Both the position numbers and the translations under genes were made by a program. From an uncultured Collinsella sp. (GTDB taxonomy: Bacteria > Actinomycetota > Coriobacteriia > Coriobacteriales > Coriobacteriaceae), in contig USDH01000001.1 in the NCBI GenBank assembly GCA_900553415.1, forward strand, positions 1 through 48,408: a stretch of 48,408 nt of DNA, written 5' to 3'. Of this stretch, positions 30,639 to 41,689 are shown in pieces (positions within the stretch are counted from its first letter, which is position 1; each line of letters opens with the position of its first letter). The notes beneath the pieces are model-generated. The model ran no database searches and had not been told where the DNA came from. It saw nothing but the letters and a program-made list of their open reading frames with translations.

Positions 30639-31133
30639 CTACAGCCCCAGGCTCTGCTTGGTGGCGGCGCAGGTGAGCTCGCCGTGCTTAACGCCGCGCA
30701 GTCCCAGCAACCGGTCCGCTAGCTCATAGACGCGTTTGCCGCGACCCTTGAGCGCCAGAATCTCCAGGCAGTTGTGGTGGTCCAGATGCACGTGCATGGT
30801 CGAGACAATCTCGTCGGTGTAGTCGTGCTGCACCTCGTCCAGACGGCGCGTCAGATCGCCGGTATGGTGGTCATAGATCATGGTGAGCGAACCGATGACC
30901 TGCTCGTCGGGCGTGCGCATCTGCTCCTTGGCGATCGAGGCGCGAATCAGATCGCGTACGGCCTCGGATCGGTTAGCCACGTCACCGCGGCGCGCGATCT
31001 GCTCGTCAAAGCGGCGCAGCAGGTCGTCGGGCGCGGTGACCGAAAAGCGGACCAGCTCGGAGCTGGAGCCGCTGTAGCGGCAGCTTGCATCGTCGTCCGC
31101 ACCGTGATTGTGCGCGTGCTCGTGCTCGGCCAC
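30639..31133 (-). CDS. nikR: Nickel-responsive regulator NikR with His-rich N-terminal extension
   Basis: RHH domain (RFSVT...NRSEAVRDLIR) and nickel domain (YDHH, QH, HVHLDHHNCLE). Confidence 0.92.
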   Translation of the reverse strand: MAEHEHAHNHGADDDASCRYSGSSSELVRFSVTAPDDLLRRFDEQIARRGDVANRSEAVRDLIRASIAKEQMRTPDEQVIGSLTMIYDHHTGDLTRRLDEVQHDYTDEIVSTMHVHLDHHNCLEILALKGRGKRVYELADRLLGLRGVKHGELTCAATKQSLGL

Positions 31134-31134
31134 G

Positions 31135-31383
31135 TTACACCAGTTTCACAGAGCCGACGGAGTTGTGGTCGGCCTCGATGGCCTCCTCGTAGCCCTCGAG
31201 CGCATCGTGCGCCTCGTGGAGTGCCGCCATGGCGGCCTCGAGCTTGGCGCCAATGCGCTCCATGTCAAAGTTCTCGGTCGCATGCAGCAGCTGATGGCTC
31301 CACTCGTGAGCGAGCTCAATGGTGTCGTCGACCTGCTTGACGCTCATGGCAAGCTGGCTCATGTTCATTCCGACGTCATGCAT
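31135..31383 (-). CDS. Small acidic, His-containing helical protein
   Basis: 82-aa ORF with SD AAAGGAG; stop is 1 nt before the nikR start. Confidence 0.75.
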   Translation of the reverse strand: MHDVGMNMSQLAMSVKQVDDTIELAHEWSHQLLHATENFDMERIGAKLEAAMAALHEAHDALEGYEEAIEADHNSVGSVKLV

Positions 31384-31455
31384 GGGGAGTCTCCTTTTGT
31401 ACGGGGCGATATGGTGGTTCAGATTCTACTACGCCCGCCTTGAGCGCCGCCGCAT

Positions 31456-31493
31456 AAGAAAACGGGTGCGAGTCCGTCTGACCCGCACCCGTT
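31456..31493 (-). terminator. Intrinsic terminator downstream of trxA
   Basis: Stem 31461-31474 / 31480-31493, running into TTTTCTT on the minus strand. Confidence 0.75.
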
Positions 31494-31604
31494 CACTGGG
31501 GGCTGTTTGTATCTACCATACTATCCGTGGTCGCACGCGCCGCACCCGGCAGTCCGGCGAGCGGTGCAAAACCGCTCATGGACGGCGGGCAAGTAACAAG
31601 CGTA

Positions 31605-31925
31605 TTACAGATGCTTCTCCAGCAGCGCCTGCAGCCTCGCCTTGGGCAGAGCGCCAACCGAGCGGTCAATCTCCTCGCCGTTCTTAAACACAATCAGCGT
31701 GGGGATGCTCATGACGCCATACTTCATGGCCAGGTCCTGGTTGTCGTCGACGTTGCATTTGGCAACGGCAAGCTTGCCCGCCAGCTCATCGGCTACCTCG
31801 TCCACGATGGGCGAGAGCGATCGGCAGGGCCCGCACCAGGGCGCCCAAAAATCGACCAGCACGGGCAGGCTGTCGTTAACGATGGAATCGAAGTTCTCGG
31901 GGGTAATCTGCTTAATGTCAGCCAT
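31605..31925 (-). CDS. trxA: Thioredoxin
   Basis: VLVDFWAPWCGPC and VMSIPT; SD GGAGG before ATG at 31925. Confidence 0.95.
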   Translation of the reverse strand: MADIKQITPENFDSIVNDSLPVLVDFWAPWCGPCRSLSPIVDEVADELAGKLAVAKCNVDDNQDLAMKYGVMSIPTLIVFKNGEEIDRSVGALPKARLQALLEKHL

Positions 31926-32061
31926 GGTGACCTCCATAATACGACGCGGCTCGGCCGCGTAAAACTCAGTACGACCGTGCTTATACCCAGCCGCCCGCAA
32001 AGCAACCACTCGCGGGCAGCTCTTTTATATAATGGTGGGCACGCAAACGATTGGAGAGCGC

Positions 32062-32637
32062 ATGTCCACGTCACAAAGCCAGAAAAAAGAAGCCATCGCC
32101 CAGGCGGCCGAGCAGGAGCTCACATCGCTTGCGGTCCGTGGCGTGCGCATCGTGGGTAACGCGTGCTCGCCGATCGTGCTGGTCAAAGGCGATTTGGACG
32201 AGGCCGAGCGTTCGGGCGGCGAGCTGGCTGCCGGTCCGGACGGTGCTGCGCTGCGCAAGGCGCTTGGGGCCATCGGCTACGCGCCCGAGGATTTTTGCGT
32301 GCTGGCAAGCGTCGCCGGCACAGGTGACGGAGCGGTCGCGGTGGGCGAGACTCTGCCGTGCGAGCTGTTCCGCGAGGCGCTTGAGGCTCTGGATCCCGAG
32401 GCGGTGCTGCTGCTCGATAACAGCGCGGCCGATGTCATGCGCGAAACCTACGCCGATATGCTCGTGGCGATTGATGACTTCGACACCGCCATGCTCAAGC
32501 CCGGCCTGGTCGCCCATGTGCAGGGCCGCCGCGTGCTCGCGCTCGATGGCTTTGAGGCGGCGCTGACCGACAAAGCGGCCAAGCAGCGCATGTGGGCCTA
32601 CATCAAGCAGCTGACCCCGGCGGTCGCTCCACTGTAG
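32062..32637 (+). CDS. Hypothetical protein with a degenerate family-4 uracil-DNA glycosylase-like pattern
   Basis: GNACSPIVLVKG...GGELAAGPDGAALRKALGAIG...EALDPEAVLLL...KQRMWAYIK follows the UDG-4 outline but lacks GEAPG and HP motifs. Confidence 0.55.
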   Translation: MSTSQSQKKEAIAQAAEQELTSLAVRGVRIVGNACSPIVLVKGDLDEAERSGGELAAGPDGAALRKALGAIGYAPEDFCVLASVAGTGDGAVAVGETLPCELFREALEALDPEAVLLLDNSAADVMRETYADMLVAIDDFDTAMLKPGLVAHVQGRRVLALDGFEAALTDKAAKQRMWAYIKQLTPAVAPL

Positions 32638-32701
32638 CGGATCGGCACCGGCGAGCGATTGCCTGGCGGGCGAGGCGCGCCGCGAGATCGGCGCCGTACT
32701 T

Positions 32702-33979
32702 CTACATCACAGCGCGCAGCTCAAACCGATCGCCGTTAATGCGGAACTGGCAGTTGCCGTTCATGCGCTCCACGGCAAGTTTGATGCTCTTGGTTCCAAA
32801 GCCGTGGCCCGCATGCCGGGTCACGGGCATGCCGTCGACCATGCGCGGCGCGCGGTCAAACGTGTTGGAAACTAACAGCAACAGCTGGCCGTCCTCAAGT
32901 CGCAGGTCAAGGTCGACGAATCGCTTTCCTTGGGGTGCGGCGCTTGCGGCGGTGATAGCGTTTTCCAAGGCATTTGAGAGCACGCTAAACAGGTCGGCGT
33001 CACCTACGTGGACGGTTTCGGGTACGGCGGCGCGCAGGTTGGCGGTAATGCCGTTTCTATTGATATCTGAGTTGAATGACGAAAGCGCGATGTTTACGGT
33101 CTCGTTGGCACAGAAGCGGCGTACGGCGGTGCGGTCGCCGGCTTCGCAGAGCTCATCGATGCGTTTGAGCGCCTCGTCGGTGTGGCCCTCCTCAATTAAA
33201 GTGGCCAGGCCGCGTAGGAAGTGGCGCATATCGTGGCGAAGAATCGACAGCTCGCGCCCAGATTGACGCCAAGCCTCGAGCTCTTTGATGGCGGCGCTGT
33301 CGCGGGTTTCGAGCATCCAACGCTCTCGCTCGGCGGTTTCCTTTTCTTCGTATTCGCGCAGGTAAACGGCAAGAAACATAAGATAGAAGGCACAGAGCGC
33401 AAATGCCAAAAACTCAACTGTCACCACCGAACCCGAGTGGAACAGCGTGGTGTAGACGTTGGTGGCGTAGTCAAAGATGTAATAGACGAGCGGCAGGATT
33501 AAAAGGATGCTCAGCTCGGTGGGGCTTTTAATCGCCAGGCGGGGTCCAATGTCGCCGGCCCAATGCAGCAGGACGGCAAAGACGCCGAGCGTGGTCGCGA
33601 TGCGCGCCAGATAGTACGCGATCTGCGAATCGGTTGCGGCAAAGGCGGCGATGCCCATCCAGTTGCTGAACTGACAGCTCAGGTAGGCGCTGGTGACGCC
33701 CAATGCCGCGAGCAGCGGGCTCAGACGGTAGCGCGCACACAGGTAGACGGTAAGCGGCAGGTGCACGACGAGCGGATAGACCTGACGGGCAAAAAGCTCT
33801 CCGCCAACGACATTGGCGATCGAAAAGGCAGCGCCGGTTGCGGCTCCGACCCCCACCAACTCGAGTGCATGGCGTCGATTGATTTCGATACCGCATAGCG
33901 CCGCCGAGGCAAAGACGCCAAAGAGTAGCGTTGTGGCGTGGTGGATTGCCCAAAGGACCATTTCGACCGAGGAGATCAT
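32702..33979 (-). CDS. GHKL sensor histidine kinase, AgrC/VirS-like
   Basis: About 6-7 TMs, H-box LRHDMRH, SNALENAITA and HGFGTKSI. Confidence 0.9.
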   Translation of the reverse strand: MISSVEMVLWAIHHATTLLFGVFASAALCGIEINRRHALELVGVGAATGAAFSIANVVGGELFARQVYPLVVHLPLTVYLCARYRLSPLLAALGVTSAYLSCQFSNWMGIAAFAATDSQIAYYLARIATTLGVFAVLLHWAGDIGPRLAIKSPTELSILLILPLVYYIFDYATNVYTTLFHSGSVVTVEFLAFALCAFYLMFLAVYLREYEEKETAERERWMLETRDSAAIKELEAWRQSGRELSILRHDMRHFLRGLATLIEEGHTDEALKRIDELCEAGDRTAVRRFCANETVNIALSSFNSDINRNGITANLRAAVPETVHVGDADLFSVLSNALENAITAASAAPQGKRFVDLDLRLEDGQLLLLVSNTFDRAPRMVDGMPVTRHAGHGFGTKSIKLAVERMNGNCQFRINGDRFELRAVM

Positions 33980-34701
33980 CAGCGCCTCCCGCCCTCGAAG
34001 CGCACCGCAAAGTAGGCGTCTTGGAACCCCTGCTTGCTGCTGCGCGACAGCGGAATGCACGCGCCGGAGCGCATGACGATGTCCGTGCGATCGAAGTGGT
34101 CGATGTTGCGCAAGTTGACCTGGTAGCTACGGTGGCATTTAAAGAAGGTGGCATTTTGCGCCAAACGGTCCTCGACGCTGCGGAACGACTCGAGTGCCTC
34201 GATATCGCGTCCGTCGCGCAGGTGGAAGACCACGTGCTTGTTGCGCGCCTCGGCATATTCGATGTCGGACAGGCGCAGGGCGTGGTAGCCAAAGGACGTT
34301 TTGATCACGAGCTCGTCGGTTGCCGCCGGGCGCATGCTCGAAAGTTCGTCGAGTAACTGCGCCAGGCGTTCGTAAGTCACGGGCTTGAGCAGATAGTCGA
34401 AGGCGCGGACCTCGTAGGACTCCAGTGCAAACTCGGGCGACGAGGTAAGGAACACCAGGCGCACGGCGGTGTCGGCCTGGCGCAATTCGCGTGCGGTGTC
34501 CATGCCGTTGACGAGCGGCATGATCATGTCGAGCAGGATGATGTCGGCGCGCGACGCGGCATGGCGCGCCAGCAGGTCCTCGCCGCGCGTGACGAGCGCA
34601 ACATCGACCGCCGTGCCCGTCTCGATCGACCAACGGTCGATCATCCGGTGCAGTCTATCTAGAAAAGCGACGTCATCGTCGCAGGCAATAATCTTGAGCA
34701 T
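33979..34701 (-). CDS. LytTR-family response regulator
   Basis: IIACDDD, LLDMIMP, DYLLKP and FFKCHRSYQVN; TGATG overlap with the kinase. Confidence 0.92.
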   Translation of the reverse strand: MLKIIACDDDVAFLDRLHRMIDRWSIETGTAVDVALVTRGEDLLARHAASRADIILLDMIMPLVNGMDTARELRQADTAVRLVFLTSSPEFALESYEVRAFDYLLKPVTYERLAQLLDELSSMRPAATDELVIKTSFGYHALRLSDIEYAEARNKHVVFHLRDGRDIEALESFRSVEDRLAQNATFFKCHRSYQVNLRNIDHFDRTDIVMRSGACIPLSRSSKQGFQDAYFAVRFEGGRR

Positions 34702-34909
34702 TCTGAGCCCCCTTAGTAGTTCGATTTTGCCACATTGGGTGCGGACCGCTCGCGGAGGCGTGTCCCGTTTGCGCCCCACGGCGTGCAACTCGCGCCGAGC
34801 GGAATTGCGGTGGCGAAAGATGCCTCCTGCGCTATCGAGAGCTCGGCTATCCTCAGCTTGCCAGTTCGAATATGGACTTGCCGCATGGTCGAATCTTTAT
34901 TTCAACTTT

Positions 34910-34959
34910 ACACCTAGGTTTACAGCTGTCTTGTCAGCTGTAAACCTAGGTGTCATACT
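34910..34959 (+). promoter_or_regulatory. nadA promoter overlapped by a probable NiaR operator
   Basis: TTGTCA-N17-CATACT (34931-34959) overlapping the palindrome ACACCTAGGTTTACAGCTG-TCTTGT-CAGCTGTAAACCTAGGTGT. The core resembles the NiaR-type ACAnnTGTC-nn-GACAnnTGT box, and niaR is in the operon. Confidence 0.75.
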
Positions 34960-34994
34960 AAAGCCCCAAGATTCGCCAAAAGAGAGGGGCCTTG

Positions 34995-36020
34995 ATGGCA
35001 CAGAGCGCGAACATGGATGCGTCGGAGCTTGCACGCGATATCGCGGCCGGCCTAGCATCGGCAACGACGGCAACGGAGCGCGCGGCACTGGTGCCCGCAG
35101 AGCTCGTCGAGGCCATTCAGCAACTAAAAACCCAACGTGACGCGGTGATCCTGGCGCACTACTATGTGGCGCCCGAGGTCCAGGCCGTTGCCGATTACGT
35201 CGGCGACAGCTTTTACCTGGCAAAGCTTGCCAAAAGCCTGCCGCAGCAGACTATCGTGCTGTGCGGCGTGGAGTTTATGGGCGAGAGCGCCAAGCTGCTC
35301 AACCCCACCAAGACCGTGCTGCTGCCCGAGCCGGGTGCGGACTGCCCCATGGCGCACATGGTCAAGCGCGAGACGGTCGACGCGGCGCGCGCCGAGTACG
35401 GCGACGACCTTGCCGTGGTCTGCTACGTCAACTCGACGGTCGAGATCAAGAGCTGGAGTGATGTGTGCGTCACCAGCTCCAACGCCGTCAAGATCGTGTC
35501 CGAGCTGCCGCAGCAGCATGTCCTGTTCATCCCCGATCAAAACCTGGGCCGCTTCGTAGCCGAGCAGGTGCCGCAAAAGCACGTCATCCTCAACAATGGC
35601 TACTGCCCGCGTCATCACATCATCACCGTCGAGCAGATCGTCGACGCGCAGGAGGCGCACCCCGACGCGCTCGTGCTAGCGCACCCCGAGTGCAAGGCCG
35701 ACGTCCTGGCTGAGGCCGACTACATCGGGTCTACTGCCGGCATCATCAAGTATGCCGAGGAGTCGGACGCGAGCGAGTTCATCATCGTGACGGTCCGCGG
35801 CGTGCTCTACGAACTTGAGCGCCGCTGCCAGGGCACCGGCAAGAAGTTCTACTTCCCTGCGGTGCAGCCCACCTGCGTCAACATGGATCTCATCACGCTC
35901 GAAAAGCTCGTGCGCTGCCTGGAGACGGGCGAGGGCGAGGTGCGGATTGGCGTGTCGGACGAGGCCGCCGATCAGGCCAAGCTCACGCTCGACCGCATGC
36001 TCGAGTACGCGGCGCGCTAA
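34995..36020 (+). CDS. nadA: Quinolinate synthase A
   Basis: ILAHYY, GDS, CGVEFMGE, CPMA, YVNS, CVTSSNA, AHPEC and CVNM. Confidence 0.95.
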   Translation: MAQSANMDASELARDIAAGLASATTATERAALVPAELVEAIQQLKTQRDAVILAHYYVAPEVQAVADYVGDSFYLAKLAKSLPQQTIVLCGVEFMGESAKLLNPTKTVLLPEPGADCPMAHMVKRETVDAARAEYGDDLAVVCYVNSTVEIKSWSDVCVTSSNAVKIVSELPQQHVLFIPDQNLGRFVAEQVPQKHVILNNGYCPRHHIITVEQIVDAQEAHPDALVLAHPECKADVLAEADYIGSTAGIIKYAEESDASEFIIVTVRGVLYELERRCQGTGKKFYFPAVQPTCVNMDLITLEKLVRCLETGEGEVRIGVSDEAADQAKLTLDRMLEYAAR

Positions 36021-36023
36021 GCC

Positions 36024-36058
36024 AATGTGACATGAGGGACCATCCCTTATGTCACATT
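36024..36058 (+). repeat. AGGGAC-loop palindrome inside the nad operon
   Basis: AATGTGACATG-AGGGACCATCCCT-TATGTCACATT. Confidence 0.7.
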
Positions 36059-36076
36059 ACAAGGGAGAGGATTCCT

Positions 36077-37453
36077 GTGGAAACCAAACAATACCCCGAT
36101 ATGGAGTGCGATGTCGTCATTGCCGGTTGCGGCGTGGCGGGCCTGTATGCGGCTCTCAATCTGCCGACGAGCACGCGCGTAATCATGCTCTCCAAGGGCG
36201 CCGTCGACGAGTGCGATTCGATGCTCGCGCAGGGCGGTATCTGCGTGCTGCCCGAAGGCTCTGACTACGATGCCTTCTTTGAGGACACCATGCACGCCGG
36301 CCATTACGAGAACCGCCGCGAGAGTGTTGACATCATGATTCGCTCGAGCCGTTCGGTCATCAATGACCTGCTGGCCATGGGCGTGGACTTTGAGCGCAAG
36401 GCCGACGGCAGCCTCGACTTTACCCGCGAGGGCGCGCACAGCCGCCCGCGCATCGCCTTCCATGCCGATATTACGGGCAAGGAGATTACGACCAAACTGC
36501 TCCAGGCTGTCCGCAAGCTGGACAACGTGCAGATTCTGGAGCACGTTGCCATGACCGATATCCTGACTGCCGAGCGCGATGGCGCCACGGCGTGCACCGG
36601 CGCCGTCGCCGTTTCCGTGGACGAGGACGATTCAGCTCGCCCCGCCGACGAGCTGACAAATGCCGCTGAGGACGTGCATGCCGGCGAGCCCTTTAAGATC
36701 CATGCCCGCCATACGCTGTGGGCAACGGGCGGCATCGGCGGCGTATACGACCATTCGACCAACTACCCGCAGCTCACCGGTGACGCCTGCTACATCGCGC
36801 AGGAGCACGGCATCACGATGGAGCACCTGGACTACGTGCAGATCCATCCCACGGGACTGTTCTCGCCGCAGCCGGGCCGCACCTTCCTGATCAGCGAGAG
36901 CTGCCGCGGCGAAGGCGCGATTCTGCTCAATGCCGCCGGTGAGCGCTTTACCGACGAGCTGCAGCCGCGCGATGTTGTCGCCGCTGCTATTCGCGAGCAG
37001 ATGAAGCTCGACGGCACCGAGCACGAGTGGCTGAGCTTTGCCCCCGTCGAGCGCGACGTGATGACCGGGCACTTTGCCAACATCCGCGCGCGCTGTCTGG
37101 AGGACGGTCGCGACATCTTGGACGAGCCCATTCCCGTTACGCCCACGCAGCACTACTTTATGGGCGGCGTATGGGTCGACAAGGACGGCCGCACCTCGAT
37201 GCCCGAGCTCTACGCCGCCGGCGAGACGGCTTGCAATGGCGTGCACGGCAAGAACCGCCTGGCTTCTAACAGCCTGCTCGAGTCCCTAGTTTGGGGCCGC
37301 CGCGCTGCTTGGCGTATGCGCACCGGCGAGTCGCTGACCGTGGAGCAGGCCGGTGAGCCCGCACTTGACGGGCGTCACCGCGCTCTGAGCGCCGATACCC
37401 TTGCAATCGATGATTTGGCCCGTGCCGCCGGCACGCAGGCCGTGGAGGAGTAG
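36077..37453 (+). CDS. nadB: L-aspartate oxidase, short form
   Basis: GCGVAG, SMLAQGGI, REGAHS, QIHPT, HYFMGG and GVHGKNRLASNSLLE; GTG start after GGGAGAGG. Confidence 0.92.
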   Translation: METKQYPDMECDVVIAGCGVAGLYAALNLPTSTRVIMLSKGAVDECDSMLAQGGICVLPEGSDYDAFFEDTMHAGHYENRRESVDIMIRSSRSVINDLLAMGVDFERKADGSLDFTREGAHSRPRIAFHADITGKEITTKLLQAVRKLDNVQILEHVAMTDILTAERDGATACTGAVAVSVDEDDSARPADELTNAAEDVHAGEPFKIHARHTLWATGGIGGVYDHSTNYPQLTGDACYIAQEHGITMEHLDYVQIHPTGLFSPQPGRTFLISESCRGEGAILLNAAGERFTDELQPRDVVAAAIREQMKLDGTEHEWLSFAPVERDVMTGHFANIRARCLEDGRDILDEPIPVTPTQHYFMGGVWVDKDGRTSMPELYAAGETACNGVHGKNRLASNSLLESLVWGRRAAWRMRTGESLTVEQAGEPALDGRHRALSADTLAIDDLARAAGTQAVEE

Positions 37454-37456
37454 ACC

Positions 37457-38317
37457 ATGAATCCCATTACCATGAAGCTCGTCGTCGATGATCTGATTCT
37501 GCAGGCTCTGCGCGAGGACATTACGTTTGAGGACGTGAGCACGGCGAGCGTGTGCCCCACGGCGCGTCCCGCTACCGTTGAGCTTATCGCCAAGGCCGAC
37601 GGTATCATCGCCGGCTTGGATGTGTTTGCCCGCACCTTTGAGCTGCTGGATCCGCAGAGCTCCGTGTTGTTCGATGTTTCGGATGGCGACGAGGTGCATG
37701 CCGGCGACCACGTGGGCCAGGTGCGCGGCGACGCGCGCGTGCTGCTTTCGGGCGAGCGCGTGGCGCTCAACTACCTGCAGCGCATGAGCGGCATCGCCAC
37801 CTACACGCACAACATGGCAGCGGCGCTCGAAGGTACCAAGACCGTGCTTGTCGACACGCGCAAGACCACGCCGGGCATGCGTGTCTTCGAGAAGGCCGCG
37901 GTCGAGATCGGCGGCGGCAGCAACCACCGCTACAACCTGTCGACGGCTGTCATGCTCAAGGACAACCATATTGACGCCGCCGGTGGTGTGACGCGTGCGA
38001 TTGAGATGGCACGCGCCCACGCATCGTTTACCACGACGGTTGAGATCGAGTGCGAGAACCTGGACATGGTACGCGAGGCCGTGGAGGCCGGTGCCGATAT
38101 CATCATGCTCGACAACATGACCCACGACGACATGGCTGCAGCGATTGAGCTTATCGCCGGTCGTGCTAAGACCGAGTGCTCGGGCAACGTAGACGCCGAC
38201 AACATTCGTGCCCTGGCCGATCTGGGTGTCGACTATATTAGCTCGGGCGCCCTGACGCACTCTGCGCCGATCCTCGACCTCTCGCTTAAGCACCTGCGTC
38301 TGCTGGACGGTAAATAA
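37457..38317 (+). CDS. nadC: Quinolinate phosphoribosyltransferase
   Basis: ERVALNYLQRMSGIAT, DTRKTTPG, NHR, LKDNH and IMLDN. Confidence 0.95.
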   Translation: MNPITMKLVVDDLILQALREDITFEDVSTASVCPTARPATVELIAKADGIIAGLDVFARTFELLDPQSSVLFDVSDGDEVHAGDHVGQVRGDARVLLSGERVALNYLQRMSGIATYTHNMAAALEGTKTVLVDTRKTTPGMRVFEKAAVEIGGGSNHRYNLSTAVMLKDNHIDAAGGVTRAIEMARAHASFTTTVEIECENLDMVREAVEAGADIIMLDNMTHDDMAAAIELIAGRAKTECSGNVDADNIRALADLGVDYISSGALTHSAPILDLSLKHLRLLDGK

Positions 38318-38862
38318 TGAACGCCCGCGAGCGTCGCCGTGCCATCATGGGCGTGCTCGAAGGAGCCAAGGAGCCCGTTTCGGGCAGCGCACTTGCCCGC
38401 GAGGTTGGCGTGAGCCGTCAGGTCGTGGTTCAGGATATTGCCCTGTTGCGTGCCGATGGGCACGATATCGTGGCGACCAACCGCGGCTACGTGCTGCAGG
38501 AAGCCGCGAGTAGCCCCGCCGTGCCCACGCGTCTTGTTAAGGTGCGCCACGGCGTGGAGCAGGCGGGCGACGAGCTTACGAGTATCGTCGACGCGGGTGG
38601 CGCCGTGCTCAACGTGATCGTCAACCATCGTGTGTACGGCAAGATCACGGCCGACCTGGACATCCGCAATCGTCGCGATGTTGAGCGCTACCTGCACGAT
38701 ATCGAGAGCGGCAAGAGCTTTCCACTACTAACGGTGACGAGCGGCTACCACTTCCATCGCATCGCGGCGGAGGACGAGCAGACCCTCGACGAGATCGAGG
38801 CCATACTCAAGGAGAAGGGCTACCTTGCCGATTTAATGCCCTACGAGGATGATTTGTCCTAA
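38317..38862 (+). CDS. niaR: Niacin-responsive repressor (HTH plus 3H domain)
   Basis: VSRQVVVQDIALLRA, ATNRGY, HRVYG and HFH; TAATG coupling to nadC. Confidence 0.9.
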   Translation: MNARERRRAIMGVLEGAKEPVSGSALAREVGVSRQVVVQDIALLRADGHDIVATNRGYVLQEAASSPAVPTRLVKVRHGVEQAGDELTSIVDAGGAVLNVIVNHRVYGKITADLDIRNRRDVERYLHDIESGKSFPLLTVTSGYHFHRIAAEDEQTLDEIEAILKEKGYLADLMPYEDDLS

Positions 38863-38880
38863 CCCGATACTGTCTATATA

Positions 38881-38947
38881 AGTTGCGGTGAAATAGTTCC
38901 TACAATCGGCACCTAAGCAATGAGCCAGGAACTATTCCACCGCAACT
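38881..38947. repeat. 67-nt inverted-repeat element, copy 2
   Basis: AGTTGCGGTGAAATAGTTCC-N27-GGAACTATTCCACCGCAACT. Confidence 0.85.
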
Positions 38948-38987
38948 GCCAAGGTAGCCCCGTCCCCAATTAGCTGCCTGTACAAAC

Positions 38988-39027
38988 AAAAGGAGGCCTC
39001 CGCGGCGATGCGGAAGCCTCCTTTTTT
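38988..39027. terminator. Bidirectional intrinsic terminator
   Basis: AAAAGGAGGCCTCCGC...GCGGAAGCCTCCTTTTTT between convergent niaR and ferredoxin. Confidence 0.8.
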
Positions 39028-39066
39028 GTGCACGGTGTACTTTTGAGTGTGCAAGTGGGGGAGTTG

Positions 39067-39252
39067 TTACTCCTCGACGATCTCGGTGATCGCGCCAGCG
39101 GGGCAAGCGTCCTGGCAAGCGCCACAGGCGACGCAGGAGTCCTCGTCGGCGACGGTAGCGACGTCCTGGAGCTCCAGAACGCCAGCGGGGCAGGAGTCGA
39201 CGCAAACGCCACAAGCGATGCACTCGTCGGCATCAATTACGGGATGAGCCAT
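39067..39252 (-). CDS. 2[4Fe-4S] ferredoxin, 61 aa
   Basis: Two CxxCxxCxxxCP motifs; SD GAGG. Confidence 0.92.
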   Translation of the reverse strand: MAHPVIDADECIACGVCVDSCPAGVLELQDVATVADEDSCVACGACQDACPAGAITEIVEE

Positions 39253-39475
39253 GGTAGTTTCCTCTCTGTTGACCGACGCTACAGGCGATGCGCGCCGGTT
39301 TGATTCGGGCAAAAACATACCACGGGAGCGACCGTTTGCAATACCCTCTGGCCGGCATCTTCATACCGTTCGCCGAGTATGCCAAGGTTTACTAAAAAAC
39401 GCGCAGGTGGGGCCGTTGAGCTGCGCAAATGTTAGCTATAGGTGACTTGTAATATTGACCTATTGAGCGCGCTTT

Positions 39476-39521
39476 GGAAAGCGCATCCCGGAACCGACGC
39501 TCAAAACGGGTCGCGCTTTCC
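39476..39521. repeat. 46-nt GGAAA...TTTCC unit, copy 3
   Basis: GGAAAGCGCATCCC-N18-GGGTCGCGCTTTCC. Confidence 0.75.
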
Positions 39522-39794
39522 TCGGGGGTGCCCCAAGATCGTTCCGTGTGGCTCCGGTCCAAACCTCAGCCATCTCTACATAGATCTCAATAGATCTGTC
39601 GAGAACTCAAACAGCGCATCTACCTGCGCATTTGAGAACCTAAACTCTCGGCAATAAGAAATCTTATATGAATTGACTTAGATTTTGTATATTCCGGCCC
39701 ATAAGGGGATACACTACATCCTGAAAGACAAGCCGAAGCGCCGCGTGACAGACCGTCGAGGCGGCGCGAACGCAAAAGAGAGAGGGAATTTCTA

Positions 39795-41687
<1,893 letters not shown>

Positions 41688-41689
41688 TC

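Noticed and set aside
31400..31435. NikR operator upstream of the small gene and nikR
   Set aside because: No convincing GTATGA-N16-TCATAC-like inverted repeat.
32702..34701. agr-type quorum-sensing locus
   Set aside because: No agrB or agrD-like gene beside the LytTR/GHKL pair.
39595..39700. HspR (HAIR) operator upstream of dnaK
   Set aside because: One is expected, but only half matches (ACTCAAA; TTTGAGA-N6-ACTCTCG) are visible, too weak to place.
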